From: a virus
Taxonomy: Duplodnaviria > Caudoviricetes
Direction: 5' to 3' (one strand)
DNA: 39,235 bases
Virus record (IMG/VR): IMGVR_UViG_3300037483_000224
Location: 1 to 39,235 of that record
Below the pieces are notes generated by a model. The model was not told where the DNA came from. It saw only the letters and a program-made list of their open reading frames with translations, and did no database searches. Positions 18,487 through 27,801 of this stretch are shown piece by piece (position 1 is the stretch's first letter; each line of letters opens with the position of its first letter). Both the position numbers and the translations under genes were made by a program.

Positions 18487-19665
18487 TTATTCCCTCGGTA
18501 TTTCTAGGATAGCGCCTCGAACGAGAACAGTGGAGGTAAGCTGATTATGGTCGTAAATCTTATTCCATAGATCTTGGTTATTGTAGTATTTCACCGCGAG
18601 CTTCTGGAGGTTATCGCCTTCGATCACCCTATGGCGACGCATCGGGATAGTTTTGGCGAGCGCCGCATATTTAAGCTGCAAAGCACGGAGTAGAACCGCT
18701 AACGCAGACATACCCGCCAAAATTTTAAGGAGATGATTCGTGCTGCTATACCGTGCTGTAGTCTTGAGCCCCGCCACCGCGCCCGATGCGCTGTTGCCCA
18801 AGTTGTCAAAACCATACTTCAGTTGCCCGATTCGGCGCTGCGATTTATAGATCGTGGTTCGAGCGTGCTTAATTAAACCGATCGCACGATTCGCTGACGC
18901 CTGTACGTTCTCGGCTTCTGTGAGCACACCATCCACGAAATTCGTAACGAGCGCAACGACACCAGCCACCGTGCCGATCACATCATCCAAAAATTCGGAA
19001 AGGCTGCGCGGCATTTCATCCGGGTAGTTTTTCCACTCCAGGAGCTCCTCCTTGGCGCGTAAGATCAATTCCTTATTCGGGCGGATCAAATCATCATCGG
19101 GGTTCTCAAGGAACTTACAGTTTGTCGGAGCATTAAAGCCCACGATCGAGAAACCGATCTCGTATTCGATATCGGTCAGTCGGTTCATGCGGAACGTGGT
19201 ACGCTCGATGAACCCATAGCGTCGCCATTCGCCCAGGGTTATCTTTACGAGATTTCCCCTAATTCGCATTGCATCTATGAGCTCCTGGTACTCGCGAGAC
19301 ACCAGGCGCAGATCCACGTCCTTAAACCTTTTCGATTTAAGGCGGCCCTTGATCGTCATGTCCGATTCACGCGCTCCGAGAACCTGCACTACCGGCTCGG
19401 AGTTTCCAGGGTAGTAATCTTTTACCACTCTTTGCTCGCCGCCAAACTCGAACGGCTGCATAGGAAGGAAAACCCCGGCGAGGATAATCATGTCGGCTTC
19501 TTGCTCGCGCCCGTTCACGAGCTCGATGATCTGTAACCCATCAGGGAAATCCGGCCCATAGTCGAACGGAGGCCCCACGCGTCGGCGGAAAATTCCACCG
19601 ATGATGCTATCGATTAGCGGGAGTTTTGGTAATCGCCCTTGGCTTACGGAATCAAGAATACCCAT
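18487..19665 (-). CDS. Tail tube initiator with C-terminal LysM domain
   Basis: N-terminal gpU-like region (PVVQVLG). C-terminal HRVIEGDNLQKLAVKYY…WNKIYDHN…LEIP LysM. Follows TMP. Confidence 0.8.
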   Translation of the reverse strand: MGILDSVSQGRLPKLPLIDSIIGGIFRRRVGPPFDYGPDFPDGLQIIELVNGREQEADMIILAGVFLPMQPFEFGGEQRVVKDYYPGNSEPVVQVLGARESDMTIKGRLKSKRFKDVDLRLVSREYQELIDAMRIRGNLVKITLGEWRRYGFIERTTFRMNRLTDIEYEIGFSIVGFNAPTNCKFLENPDDDLIRPNKELILRAKEELLEWKNYPDEMPRSLSEFLDDVIGTVAGVVALVTNFVDGVLTEAENVQASANRAIGLIKHARTTIYKSQRRIGQLKYGFDNLGNSASGAVAGLKTTARYSSTNHLLKILAGMSALAVLLRALQLKYAALAKTIPMRRHRVIEGDNLQKLAVKYYNNQDLWNKIYDHNQLTSTVLVRGAILEIPRE

Positions 19666-19666
19666 G

Positions 19667-21514
19667 TTATTCTCCTACGATCCCGCCCGCAAGGGAGCGG
19701 CCACGGGACTGAGAGGGGTTAAGCGCGGCCTTGAGAAGCTGCTCTTTAATCGTGAACGCAATGCGATCCGGCTCTTGGTTTTCTTTGAAGTCGTTGCGGA
19801 TCTCAACTTTTCCAATGTTGATATTCTGCATCTGCACTGCATTGTTCTCGGTATTGCGCTCATCCGGGAGTAACAAGTTGCGCCGCATACTATCCTCGAA
19901 TTGCGCGTTGAACGCTTCGCCCATTTTGGAAAACATACTCAGCGGATCTGACAGAAACTCGAAGGAAGTGAACGACTGCATGAACGCTGTAATCGCGGCC
20001 TGCAACCCCATGAACGCGGAATTTAGAAGCGATACTAGGTAAATCACTGCGTAGAAAGTTTCATTCAAGAAATCCAACCAGTAGCTAAGGCGGAACAGCG
20101 GGGAGATAGCATCAGCCACAGAGTCAAAGATTCTGAACAACCAACCGAAAGTATTTTCCATTACCTGCCTAAACAGCGCCATGTTGCGCGTGAATTCGGC
20201 CGTGATTCGCGGCATTTCCTTAGCATCATCCACCTGGGCGATCGCCATAGCGCGGGAGAATAGCTGCATAACCGCAAAAATTGCGGCCATGATGAGCACG
20301 ACTTTCCCGAGAATTACGAGTAGCGGCGCAAGTAGTATAAGCCCCCTGGCGAGTAATGGCATCGCGAACCTAAGTCCGGCTACAAGCATTCGCCAAGCGA
20401 AAGACGCGCCCCCCATGAGCGCCGAAGTTGCGGCCGCTTGAAGTCCAAAGAAGCGTAAGGCATGGCCCACGATCGTTAACCCGGCAACTATATTTAAAAG
20501 ACTTTTTGTTTGCCCTACATCATTGGATACCTGCCGCAACTGCAATAGATTAGTGGCGATCTGCTCAGGAGTTTTCACGAATTCTTTAATAAAAAACGAA
20601 ATATTCTTTACCAAAATTCGCCCATGCTTATCCAGCATGTCGGCAAGTTGCTTAATCGTTTCCACAATGAGCGGAACGAGAACCTCACCGAGCGGCCGAA
20701 AAATGTTTGTCACGTACTCCAGAGGGGAAACTAGCTGCGCGAGGCGCTGAAGTTGCCCGCTGATTGTATTAACACGCCCACTAAGCACGTCAGTATCGCT
20801 TGCAAACTGCGCAAGAGCTCGCCCGAGAATATCCACGCGCTTTGCAGCATCGAGCGCGTTAAATGCTTTCGACCCACCCTTACTGCCGCCTGGTATTTCT
20901 CTAAACGCCGAAGTTTCCGAAGCTAAGCGACGGAAAAGCGTATCCCCTAAACTTGCGCCGCCTTCGATTGCGCGGAGTAACTGACCTTGAACTTCATTAG
21001 GGTCAATCCCTAAGTTCGGCGCAGATTTCAGGAGGTTCTTACTCATGTCGATCGCGGTAGAAAAATTGTTTCCAGCTAAGCCCTTTGGTGTAAGGATAGC
21101 CGCCAAGGTTTTAGTCATTTCGACCATTGGGCCAGTAGGCAAAGCGAATTCCTGCGCTTGCTTCGCGATATCGCTCATTATCTTAGACGAAACAGCCAAG
21201 CGTTGATTGAACGTGTCGATCGGACCGACAAGGTGCTCTTGATTTGCAGAGATCAGGTTCGCAAAAGAAAGTTGCGATTGTTGAAACTTATCGGCCGATT
21301 GAACCGCAACCTTTATGATCGAAAGGATTCCGCCGGAGCCCAGGCCCATGTTGAATGCGATACCTGCGCCGAGCTTCTGAAAGGAAATGAGCGCATCATC
21401 GGCGGCCGAAGAAAGATTCCCTACGGCCCCCTGAAGTTGCTTTGTACCTAATAGCGCCGAACCGATCTCAAACTTGAAATCCGTTAGGACTGTAAAGAGA
21501 AAAGGTGACGCCAT
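19667..21514 (-). CDS. Tape measure protein
   Basis: Long helical A/L/G-rich protein with central hydrophobic segments. Lies downstream of the frameshifting chaperone. Confidence 0.85.
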   Translation of the reverse strand: MASPFLFTVLTDFKFEIGSALLGTKQLQGAVGNLSSAADDALISFQKLGAGIAFNMGLGSGGILSIIKVAVQSADKFQQSQLSFANLISANQEHLVGPIDTFNQRLAVSSKIMSDIAKQAQEFALPTGPMVEMTKTLAAILTPKGLAGNNFSTAIDMSKNLLKSAPNLGIDPNEVQGQLLRAIEGGASLGDTLFRRLASETSAFREIPGGSKGGSKAFNALDAAKRVDILGRALAQFASDTDVLSGRVNTISGQLQRLAQLVSPLEYVTNIFRPLGEVLVPLIVETIKQLADMLDKHGRILVKNISFFIKEFVKTPEQIATNLLQLRQVSNDVGQTKSLLNIVAGLTIVGHALRFFGLQAAATSALMGGASFAWRMLVAGLRFAMPLLARGLILLAPLLVILGKVVLIMAAIFAVMQLFSRAMAIAQVDDAKEMPRITAEFTRNMALFRQVMENTFGWLFRIFDSVADAISPLFRLSYWLDFLNETFYAVIYLVSLLNSAFMGLQAAITAFMQSFTSFEFLSDPLSMFSKMGEAFNAQFEDSMRRNLLLPDERNTENNAVQMQNINIGKVEIRNDFKENQEPDRIAFTIKEQLLKAALNPSQSRGRSLAGGIVGE

Positions 21515-21515
21515 T

Positions 21516-21698
21516 CTAGCCCTCTGATCCGCCGTTCTCGCGGCTTATTATGTCCTGGAGCTCCGTTAAAACGATCTGAAACTCTTCCGACGATAGGTTC
21601 ATTATATCATCGGGCGACCAGCCGGTATAGCGGCCCACGTAGGTAATCTGTCGCCAGATTAACTTACGAAACTCCGGGCTTTGACCGGCGCGTTTCCC
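21516..21698 (-). CDS. -1 frameshift extension of tail assembly chaperone (gpGT / P2 gpE'-like)
   Basis: Slippery G GGA AAC (21698-21692) is in frame. The -1 frame reads KRAGQSPEFRKLIWRQITYVGRYTGWSPDDIMNLSSEEF… to TAG at 21516, 1 nt before the TMP ATG. Confidence 0.85.
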   Translation of the reverse strand, partial: GKRAGQSPEFRKLIWRQITYVGRYTGWSPDDIMNLSSEEFQIVLTELQDIISRENGGSEG

Positions 21699-21994
21699 AT
21701 GATCTCTTGAACCTCACGCGCTAGGGACATGTATTCGCTAGGCTCCAGGAAGTCATCCAGGCGCTCAAGATCCGCCCCCGTCATCTTGTGCCCGTCTACG
21801 GATTCCAGGAGTACCTTTAGGAGCTCGGTTTGTAAGCTCATTTGAAACACGAATTGGTTGTCACCGCTACGTTTTGCTGCCGCCTGAGAGGCGATATTCA
21901 AGTCGCGAATCTCCATAGCACGCATGCGTACCTTCTTACCGCTGTCGAATTCTATCTCTACTACCTGTCTGCTTTTCTTTTTTACGTCAGCCAT
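21659..21994 (-). CDS. Tail assembly chaperone (gpG-like)
   Basis: Between tube and TMP. RBS AGGAG. Carries a slippery heptamer near its 3' end. Confidence 0.85.
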   Translation of the reverse strand: MADVKKKSRQVVEIEFDSGKKVRMRAMEIRDLNIASQAAAKRSGDNQFVFQMSLQTELLKVLLESVDGHKMTGADLERLDDFLEPSEYMSLAREVQEIMGNAPVKARSFVS

Positions 21995-22055
21995 GATCTA
22001 TCTCCTATTTGTGAATAGCGGAAATTCTACCCCGCACAATTATTCTGCCCCAAAT

Positions 22056-22085
22056 AAAAAAGGGAGTCAAAAAATGACTCCCTTT
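22056..22085 (-). terminator. Rho-independent terminator after tail tube gene
   Basis: AAAGGGAGTCA-ttttt-TGACTCCCTTT followed by further Ts on the minus strand. Confidence 0.8.
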
Positions 22086-22110
22086 ACAGGTATCCATCAC
22101 AGGAGAAAAC

Positions 22111-22533
22111 TTATAGCGCGATGCGGCCCGATGCTTGGTAATCGAGGCGCTTGGTCATTTTCTCGTTGAGCCCGCGCTGCGATTTCGACATACGGAATTG
22201 GCAATCGAAGTATACATACGACTTGAGCGTTCCGTCAGGATAGCGTTCAGTCGTTACGAAAGTGTAGTCGGAAACGCCGATACCGTTCAGGTTGTTCGTC
22301 ACCAGTGCATCGATGAATTCATCGATCGCGGCATCTTTAACCTCGGCCTCGAAGCTACCACTCCAGCCTTCGATCGCTTGATCGCCTTCTGGAATCGGAT
22401 TACCCACGTACATGGATCGCATAAACGTAGAATCCTGGTTCACTTCCACGGAAGTAAGATTCACGATGCCTTGAAGTTCACCGTCTTGGAAGATCTTAAT
22501 CTCCCCTTGGTGTCCACGAATTGATGCTGTCAT
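22111..22533 (-). CDS. Tail tube protein
   Basis: 140-aa beta-rich protein (GWSGSFE) directly after the sheath. Confidence 0.85.
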   Translation of the reverse strand: MTASIRGHQGEIKIFQDGELQGIVNLTSVEVNQDSTFMRSMYVGNPIPEGDQAIEGWSGSFEAEVKDAAIDEFIDALVTNNLNGIGVSDYTFVTTERYPDGTLKSYVYFDCQFRMSKSQRGLNEKMTKRLDYQASGRIAL

Positions 22534-22544
22534 TTATAGCCCCC

Positions 22545-23987
22545 TTATTCCTGCTCGGTTACAACTACAGATTCACCGATTTCAGCCTGAAGAATGATGT
22601 ACCGCATGGAACTGTAAATCCGCTGACGCCATAGAATTTTGAAGAAACCACCCGCGATCGAAAGATCTGTGTTCAGGCTCTCGGTATCCACGAGCTTTGC
22701 TTTTCCGCTCGATACCTCAGAATCCTTCGGAAGAATTCCATCAGACTCCAGGCTTTGAATGAACCCGAGCATTGCGCCTTTCACAAGCTGGCGATTCGAT
22801 GCGCTGTTCACACCGTTCTGGTAATTCTTCAAGAAAGACGAAACAGAGTTCGTGAGGAAGTCCGACATACGGCGGCGAAGGATCGTCACCTTAGAACTAT
22901 CCGCGATCTGTGTGGTCACGCCCGACTTCACTTTGAAGCCGATATCCACGTCGCGCTCGAAGCCAGCGATACCGGCGTCTTTCAGCGCAATGTAGTTGGC
23001 ACGCGTGAGGGACTGTTTCAGGCCCGTCACTCCAACGAGAAACTGCGCGTTTTTCGTGAACGCAGGATCGATATGCGGGGAAGTTTGGGAAATGATGGAC
23101 GCCATCCACGATGCTGGATTCTGATAAGTAAGAACCCCGTCAATGGAAGTTTGAACCCAAGGGTAGGCGTATACGATGCGGCCATCCACGTCGCGGAAGT
23201 TCGCCACGTCGGCGATCGCTTGCGCTGGAGTATCTGTTTCGAGGCCCGCGAGTACGACAATCTTATCTTGAGTTTCAGCGGCGTGAAGCTCAAGGTAGCC
23301 GTTGCGAGTAGCATTATAGGAGTCAAGGAACAGTACATTTCCTGCGCCTTCTACGCCAGCGAGTGCGATCGCATCTTCGTAGTCACCATCAGCTACCGTG
23401 CCATCTGCACCGGCGGCAAGCGCGGTAAACGCCGCGTTGTCCGGCTCAGCGACCGAGCTCAGCACTGTCACAACTACAAGCTGTGAGTTCGCGAAAGTCT
23501 CAGAAGTAATGTCAGCGATTGCTACGTTGTCGTAAACCTCATCGGGAAGTACAGCATCGACGCTCGTGTCGCGGATCGTGTACTTTTTTCCAGAAACAGA
23601 ACCGGATTCGATTTTAACCTCGATGCTGTTTCCATAAAGTCCTTTGCCTTGCTTAGCATCGAACTTAATTCGATCAACAGCGGAACTTGCAAAATTTATC
23701 GTAGCGAGAACCGCATCAGATGCGATCACGCGAATAAGTTTCAAGCGACCGAATCGCTTATTTTTCATCGCCAAATTTCCTGAGTAGCTGGATTTCCCAA
23801 ACTGCTCGTGAAACTGACCGATCGATCCGACTTCAGTTAGCGCCTGAAGTCCTCTCTGAAATTGTCCTACTAGAATCGCGACGTTCGCTGCTACACCGGC
23901 AATATTCGGCGCTGGCGCAGATTCATTTATGATGATCCCGTCTACATCGTCAAATTGTGTTGGGTCCGTGGTGCGAAAAATTCCCAT
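22545..23987 (-). CDS. Tail sheath protein
   Basis: IAGVAANVAILVGQFQRG N-terminus; YAYPWV; C-terminal ILRRRMSDFL…MRYI. Confidence 0.92.
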   Translation of the reverse strand: MGIFRTTDPTQFDDVDGIIINESAPAPNIAGVAANVAILVGQFQRGLQALTEVGSIGQFHEQFGKSSYSGNLAMKNKRFGRLKLIRVIASDAVLATINFASSAVDRIKFDAKQGKGLYGNSIEVKIESGSVSGKKYTIRDTSVDAVLPDEVYDNVAIADITSETFANSQLVVVTVLSSVAEPDNAAFTALAAGADGTVADGDYEDAIALAGVEGAGNVLFLDSYNATRNGYLELHAAETQDKIVVLAGLETDTPAQAIADVANFRDVDGRIVYAYPWVQTSIDGVLTYQNPASWMASIISQTSPHIDPAFTKNAQFLVGVTGLKQSLTRANYIALKDAGIAGFERDVDIGFKVKSGVTTQIADSSKVTILRRRMSDFLTNSVSSFLKNYQNGVNSASNRQLVKGAMLGFIQSLESDGILPKDSEVSSGKAKLVDTESLNTDLSIAGGFFKILWRQRIYSSMRYIILQAEIGESVVVTEQE

Positions 23988-24027
23988 GATGCTCTCCTTA
24001 GCCGATGTGTGGGCCGTAGTCCGTGGC

Positions 24028-24618
24028 TCACTCCTCGTTTTCTATATTATTAGGTGTTTCGAGCTCAGTTTCAATAGGCTGTGTGACGATAAATTCTTCT
24101 CGCTCCACAACCGCCCGACAATGCACCAGTACATTGCACTTTACACGCCATTCGTTTCGCTGCGAACCTGCCGCAGAATCATCGAACGTGTGCCCTGATA
24201 AATCATAGCGTGCCCATACATTATGGTAGTCAACAAGCTGTAAACTCAAGCCCATAGGCTGAAATTGCTTATTTAGGGCCGCGAAAAACTGATCGTAAGC
24301 GGTAAACCGCTCCTCTTTAGAACCGCACCATATATCCACCTGGAGCGTGAGATCGTAGCTACCCACGACATACTTGGCCGGTGCTTTGTGCTCGCCTACC
24401 TCGGGCTCCTCGATCTCTTCTAACAGGTAGGGGGAAAGCTCAGGAGAAAATTCAGGCGTGCCTTGCGTGATTATGGAAAGCGCAGGATATATGAGCTCAT
24501 TGTTCGCTTCGGGAAATTCTTCGAGCACTTGCTCTACGGTAGCGATGAGCGCCATCTCCGAGCGAAGGTAATCGCCAAAAGCACGAACGATAGGCTTCAG
24601 TGGGAGTACATTAGGCAA
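24028..24618 (-). CDS. Tail terminator / tail completion protein
   Basis: YPALSI…LQVDIWC.SKEER. Located immediately before the sheath. Confidence 0.7.
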   Translation of the reverse strand: MPNVLPLKPIVRAFGDYLRSEMALIATVEQVLEEFPEANNELIYPALSIITQGTPEFSPELSPYLLEEIEEPEVGEHKAPAKYVVGSYDLTLQVDIWCGSKEERFTAYDQFFAALNKQFQPMGLSLQLVDYHNVWARYDLSGHTFDDSAAGSQRNEWRVKCNVLVHCRAVVEREEFIVTQPIETELETPNNIENEE

Positions 24619-25072
24619 GGCGTCTTAACTCCTGTCGTATGTTCTCCACGATCGTCGGGAGCATATTTGTCAAAACATGGCGCGGCTTCATTCCGTGCTG
24701 CGATATTTTCTTCTGAGTAGCGAACGCCAGGGATCTCACCTGCTCGGAGTAGTTAGGCGGCTGCGAGGAATCGTTCAGTACGCGCTTGGCCCACTCCAGG
24801 AGGGGTTTTAGCGGCGGGGTGAAGGGGCGAGCACCAAACTCGATTATCGGCGCGTGAGGAGCCGAATTGCCGATTATGGCGTGCGTTTCAGTAACCGTGA
24901 AGCTCCAGGATTGTGCGTATAGGCCGGTATCCACAGGGCTGTTCCTTACGAGCTCAGGGATCGACTTAGCGAGTCCACTCGCAAAACCTTTTCGCTGATT
25001 GTCGATGTGCATCTCGGTAAACTCCCCGAGGGCATCTGCGAACTTTCCGAGCTCTACGCGCCTGGTAGTCAT
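24611..25072 (-). CDS. HK97 gp10-like neck/tail completion protein
   Basis: SPVDTGLYAQSW…APHAPIIEFG…GMKPRH. Confidence 0.85.
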   Translation of the reverse strand: MTTRRVELGKFADALGEFTEMHIDNQRKGFASGLAKSIPELVRNSPVDTGLYAQSWSFTVTETHAIIGNSAPHAPIIEFGARPFTPPLKPLLEWAKRVLNDSSQPPNYSEQVRSLAFATQKKISQHGMKPRHVLTNMLPTIVENIRQELRRLA

Positions 25073-25407
25073 TTCTTCCTCAGATTATGTAGCAGTGCCC
25101 CTACCCCGACGATCGCTATTCCGGCGTATGCTTGCTTCGCACCTTTTTTCATTTGCTTCGCGCCCGAGCGAGCGAGATTCTTGTGCTGCGAATACTTAGA
25201 AGGAATTCCTTGCATGCGAACCGCATGACCAAAATTTTGCCCGGCTTTTTTCATTCCCTTAGCGACGTTGAATGCGCCGATTCCTGCCGTAGCAGAACCG
25301 GCCGCTACTAAGGGTTTCGCGTATCCGCCACTTTTCTTTTTGGCGGATTTTTGGCGGATAGGAATCACTTTGCCATTTTTACGAATGAACTTTGCTTCGC
25401 CGCTCAT
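25069..25407 (-). CDS. Basic Gly/Ala-rich protein with N-terminal FxRxxGKVIPIR motif (putative internal virion protein)
   Basis: ATGA-coupled on both sides. Two hydrophobic G/A segments. Motif shared with 29411-30049 and 30046-30495. Confidence 0.7.
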   Translation of the reverse strand: MSGEAKFIRKNGKVIPIRQKSAKKKSGGYAKPLVAAGSATAGIGAFNVAKGMKKAGQNFGHAVRMQGIPSKYSQHKNLARSGAKQMKKGAKQAYAGIAIVGVGALLHNLRKK

Positions 25408-25829
25408 GACTGTGTTCCCCGTTGATCGGTGAGCCTTCGCACATGCACGTCCCAGGAAACATATCTCTCGTGAACGTGAATCACGCGATAAAACTCGGTG
25501 CCTATCTTAAACAACTTCACTACGTTCTTCGCAGCCGACTTACAGTTTATGTCACTCTCAGCGTATTTACGCTTCGAGATATGATAAACAATAAGGTCGC
25601 CCTCCGTGGCGGTGCCGCCTTCCTTGACTAGTCGATCATGCGCAATGTCCCGGATTCCGGGCACTGGCGTGAGCTCCTGCACAACTTCTGTCATCGTTCC
25701 TTCACCTGGGGCTCTCCCCGTCCAGGTTCGTGTCACGACGTAAACCGGTCTAAGTGCCGCGCCTAGCTTATCGCGGATCTCAAAAATCTTGTCGGAGCAT
25801 CCTTTTATGGAGTCCACGAGTTTGGTCAT
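25404..25829 (-). CDS. Head closure (stopper) protein
   Basis: Beta-rich, follows the adaptor. Start at ATG 25829 (ATGA overlap). Confidence 0.65.
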   Translation of the reverse strand: MTKLVDSIKGCSDKIFEIRDKLGAALRPVYVVTRTWTGRAPGEGTMTEVVQELTPVPGIRDIAHDRLVKEGGTATEGDLIVYHISKRKYAESDINCKSAAKNVVKLFKIGTEFYRVIHVHERYVSWDVHVRRLTDQRGTQS

Positions 25830-26185
25830 ACACAAATACTCGCGTTCACTCCCGAGCCCGAGCGCATTATTTCAATGTCCAGCATGTCGGAAAGTTCGCG
25901 CAATAACCGTAGCTTCTCGCGCCGCAATTCGCGAAGCTCCTCGGGATTCGTTTCGATATCCCCTACGCGCTTAGCAGACAACCGGCACACAGCATCGGCG
26001 ATCGCCGTATCGAGCGCCAGGATCTTATCCATCCAATCGAGAATGTTGTTCTCAATTTCCGTTGTGAGATTATCCAAACGATCCGCTAGGATCTTACTGT
26101 AATCAGTCGAGCCTACGATCAAAGACTTCGCGGGCCATCCTAGCTGGAAAATAATGTCGGCTTTGCTTTGGGCGGAAAGCGCCAT
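25826..26185 (-). CDS. Head-tail adaptor protein
   Basis: Helical protein with a AKRVGDIE hairpin. First neck gene after the capsid genes. Confidence 0.65.
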   Translation of the reverse strand: MALSAQSKADIIFQLGWPAKSLIVGSTDYSKILADRLDNLTTEIENNILDWMDKILALDTAIADAVCRLSAKRVGDIETNPEELRELRREKLRLLRELSDMLDIEIMRSGSGVNASICV

Positions 26186-26350
26186 TTACTTCTTACCTTT
26201 TTTGCGCTTGGGCTCAGACTCCAGGGGTTTACTTTCCTCGGGCTCTTTTGGCTGCTCGGCTTTAGGCTCCACCTTGGCGGGAGACTCCAGCGCCTTACGC
26301 TTTTTCTCTAATTGTTCGAGGTACATTTGTCGGCGACGGGCAAATAGCAT
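26186..26350 (-). CDS. Small charged protein, 54 aa (not in ORF track)
   Basis: RBS AGGAG. MLFARRRQMYLEQLEKKRKALESPAKVEPK…KRKKGKK. Stop abuts the adaptor ATG. Confidence 0.7.
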   Translation of the reverse strand: MLFARRRQMYLEQLEKKRKALESPAKVEPKAEQPKEPEESKPLESEPKRKKGKK

Positions 26351-26364
26351 TGTTTCTCCTAACT

Positions 26365-26393
26365 AAAAAGGGTCAGGGTCTAAACCCTGACCC
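26365..26393 (-). terminator. Rho-independent terminator after capsid decoration gene
   Basis: GGGTCAGGGT-ttag-ACCCTGACCC-TTTTT on the minus strand. Confidence 0.85.
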
Positions 26394-26420
26394 CTATCAA
26401 CATTCCAGAATTCGCGATTT

Positions 26421-26810
26421 TTACAGTCGAACAAGTTCCAGGATCATCACTGCGCCGGTAAGGGCAACAGCGGTGCCGGAATCTGTTTCGTTGTAAACTG
26501 CTTTCAGGTCAGTACCGGCCGCGATAACTTCTTCCGCTGCAACGATGTTCATTGCTTTGGAAACTTTATCCGCGAGTCCATTTTCATGGGCTGCACGAGT
26601 ATCGAGTTCCGCGATTACCGTAGCGCCGCGCTGCAAAGAAAGCTGCACGAAATCCGTGTCGCTTGCCGCGATCGCTGCGCCGTTCATTATACGAGAAGAA
26701 ACTAATTTCGACTTGTGGAGAACGTGCGCCCCTAAGACTTCCGCGTCTGCCGAAGGCGAGCCCAGAGGGATCACCAACTGATATGAATTGTTTTCGTTAT
26801 TGAGTGCCAT
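26421..26810 (-). CDS. Capsid decoration/cement protein (putative)
   Basis: Start reassigned to ATG 26810 (RBS AGGAG). Small beta-rich protein right after the MCP. Confidence 0.6.
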   Translation of the reverse strand: MALNNENNSYQLVIPLGSPSADAEVLGAHVLHKSKLVSSRIMNGAAIAASDTDFVQLSLQRGATVIAELDTRAAHENGLADKVSKAMNIVAAEEVIAAGTDLKAVYNETDSGTAVALTGAVMILELVRL

Positions 26811-26832
26811 TTTATAAACTCCTAATCCGGTT

Positions 26833-26860
26833 AAAAACTCTCGGGGGCCGAAACCCCCGA
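26833..26860 (-). terminator. UUCG-tetraloop hairpin / partial terminator after major capsid gene
   Basis: TCGGGGGT-TTCG-GCCCCCGA-gag-TTTTT on the minus strand. Confidence 0.7.
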
Positions 26861-26881
26861 TCTGGTTGCACACTCGCCCAA

Positions 26882-27775
26882 TTAGGCAAGTGTTACGAGC
26901 ATGCGTGCTGTTCGCTTATCGAGTGCAGCAACTTTGCCGTGGAAACTCTTCACGCCGTACCATTCGTTCGACGTGAATACCCATTCACGCTGGAGAAGGT
27001 CGTAGTCACTTTCGAGCTCCATGTCTTGCTTCACGCAGATTCCGTAAGGGTTCGCCTTATGGATAAACGCGTATCGCGTAGCCTTGCCATCGACAGTGCT
27101 TCCCGCAGGAAGAGTATCGACAACAACAACCGCCATACCGAGCAAGCGGCCCATGAATCCATCTACCATTGCCATCGGATCGTTGGCATCGGCTTTCAGG
27201 AATCCAGAAGTCGAGTCATTCATCAAGGTGAGGAAAGACAAGCTGTGCATGTAGCAGATTATTGCGTCGTTACCTTTGTCACCAAAGGCTGTGATCTTTG
27301 CAGTGTTCAGGTTACGCACGTTCATCTGGTCGGCTGCGGCGGCGGCGGTGAAGCCATCCTCGTAGTTACCGGATGTACTCATTTCCGTCAGAAGGTCGGC
27401 ATCCACTTTTTCCGCATGTACGCGGCCAAGCTGACGCTGAATCTCGCTGATGATAAGAGAGGAACTAGCTGCGGATTTCTTGAAGGCTTTCTTCTTAATA
27501 CCCACGGCCTTGCCCACTTCTTTCACTGTGCAAGAGAAGCTATCATCCTGGAGCTTATCGACGAGTAGACCAGCGGATTCCGCAGGTTCTTCTACCGCAC
27601 CGATAGACTTAAAGAATGGGAAATTTACGGTTTCACCTTTACCGGCATCGGGCTTGAGACTCTCATCTCTAAGCGCGATAGCGCCATATACTAACTTACG
27701 ATCAAAATATGCGCGGATATGATCCTGCCAAACTTTTGGCTCGAATACAAAATCGGCTGCTACTGTTGCTGGCAT
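26882..27775 (-). CDS. Major capsid protein (HK97 fold, N4-gp56-like)
   Basis: FEPKVW…GETVNFPFF…GRLLGMAVVVVD…WYGVK. Follows the scaffold. Confidence 0.92.
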   Translation of the reverse strand: MPATVAADFVFEPKVWQDHIRAYFDRKLVYGAIALRDESLKPDAGKGETVNFPFFKSIGAVEEPAESAGLLVDKLQDDSFSCTVKEVGKAVGIKKKAFKKSAASSSLIISEIQRQLGRVHAEKVDADLLTEMSTSGNYEDGFTAAAAADQMNVRNLNTAKITAFGDKGNDAIICYMHSLSFLTLMNDSTSGFLKADANDPMAMVDGFMGRLLGMAVVVVDTLPAGSTVDGKATRYAFIHKANPYGICVKQDMELESDYDLLQREWVFTSNEWYGVKSFHGKVAALDKRTARMLVTLA

Positions 27776-27801
27776 GTGCGATCTCCCTAATCAAGCTCGT
27801 A

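Noticed and set aside
22024-22053. Promoter for the tail chaperone gene
   Set aside because: A TAGAAT -10-like box is present, but the -35 match (TTGGGG) is too weak to call.
22755-23486. 243-aa + strand ORF
   Set aside because: Antisense shadow of the sheath gene. The same applies to 30556-31128, 37206-37748, 12470-12973 and other opposite-strand ORFs.
26804-27568. 254-aa + strand ORF
   Set aside because: Antisense shadow of the major capsid gene, with no recognisable motifs and unnatural composition.
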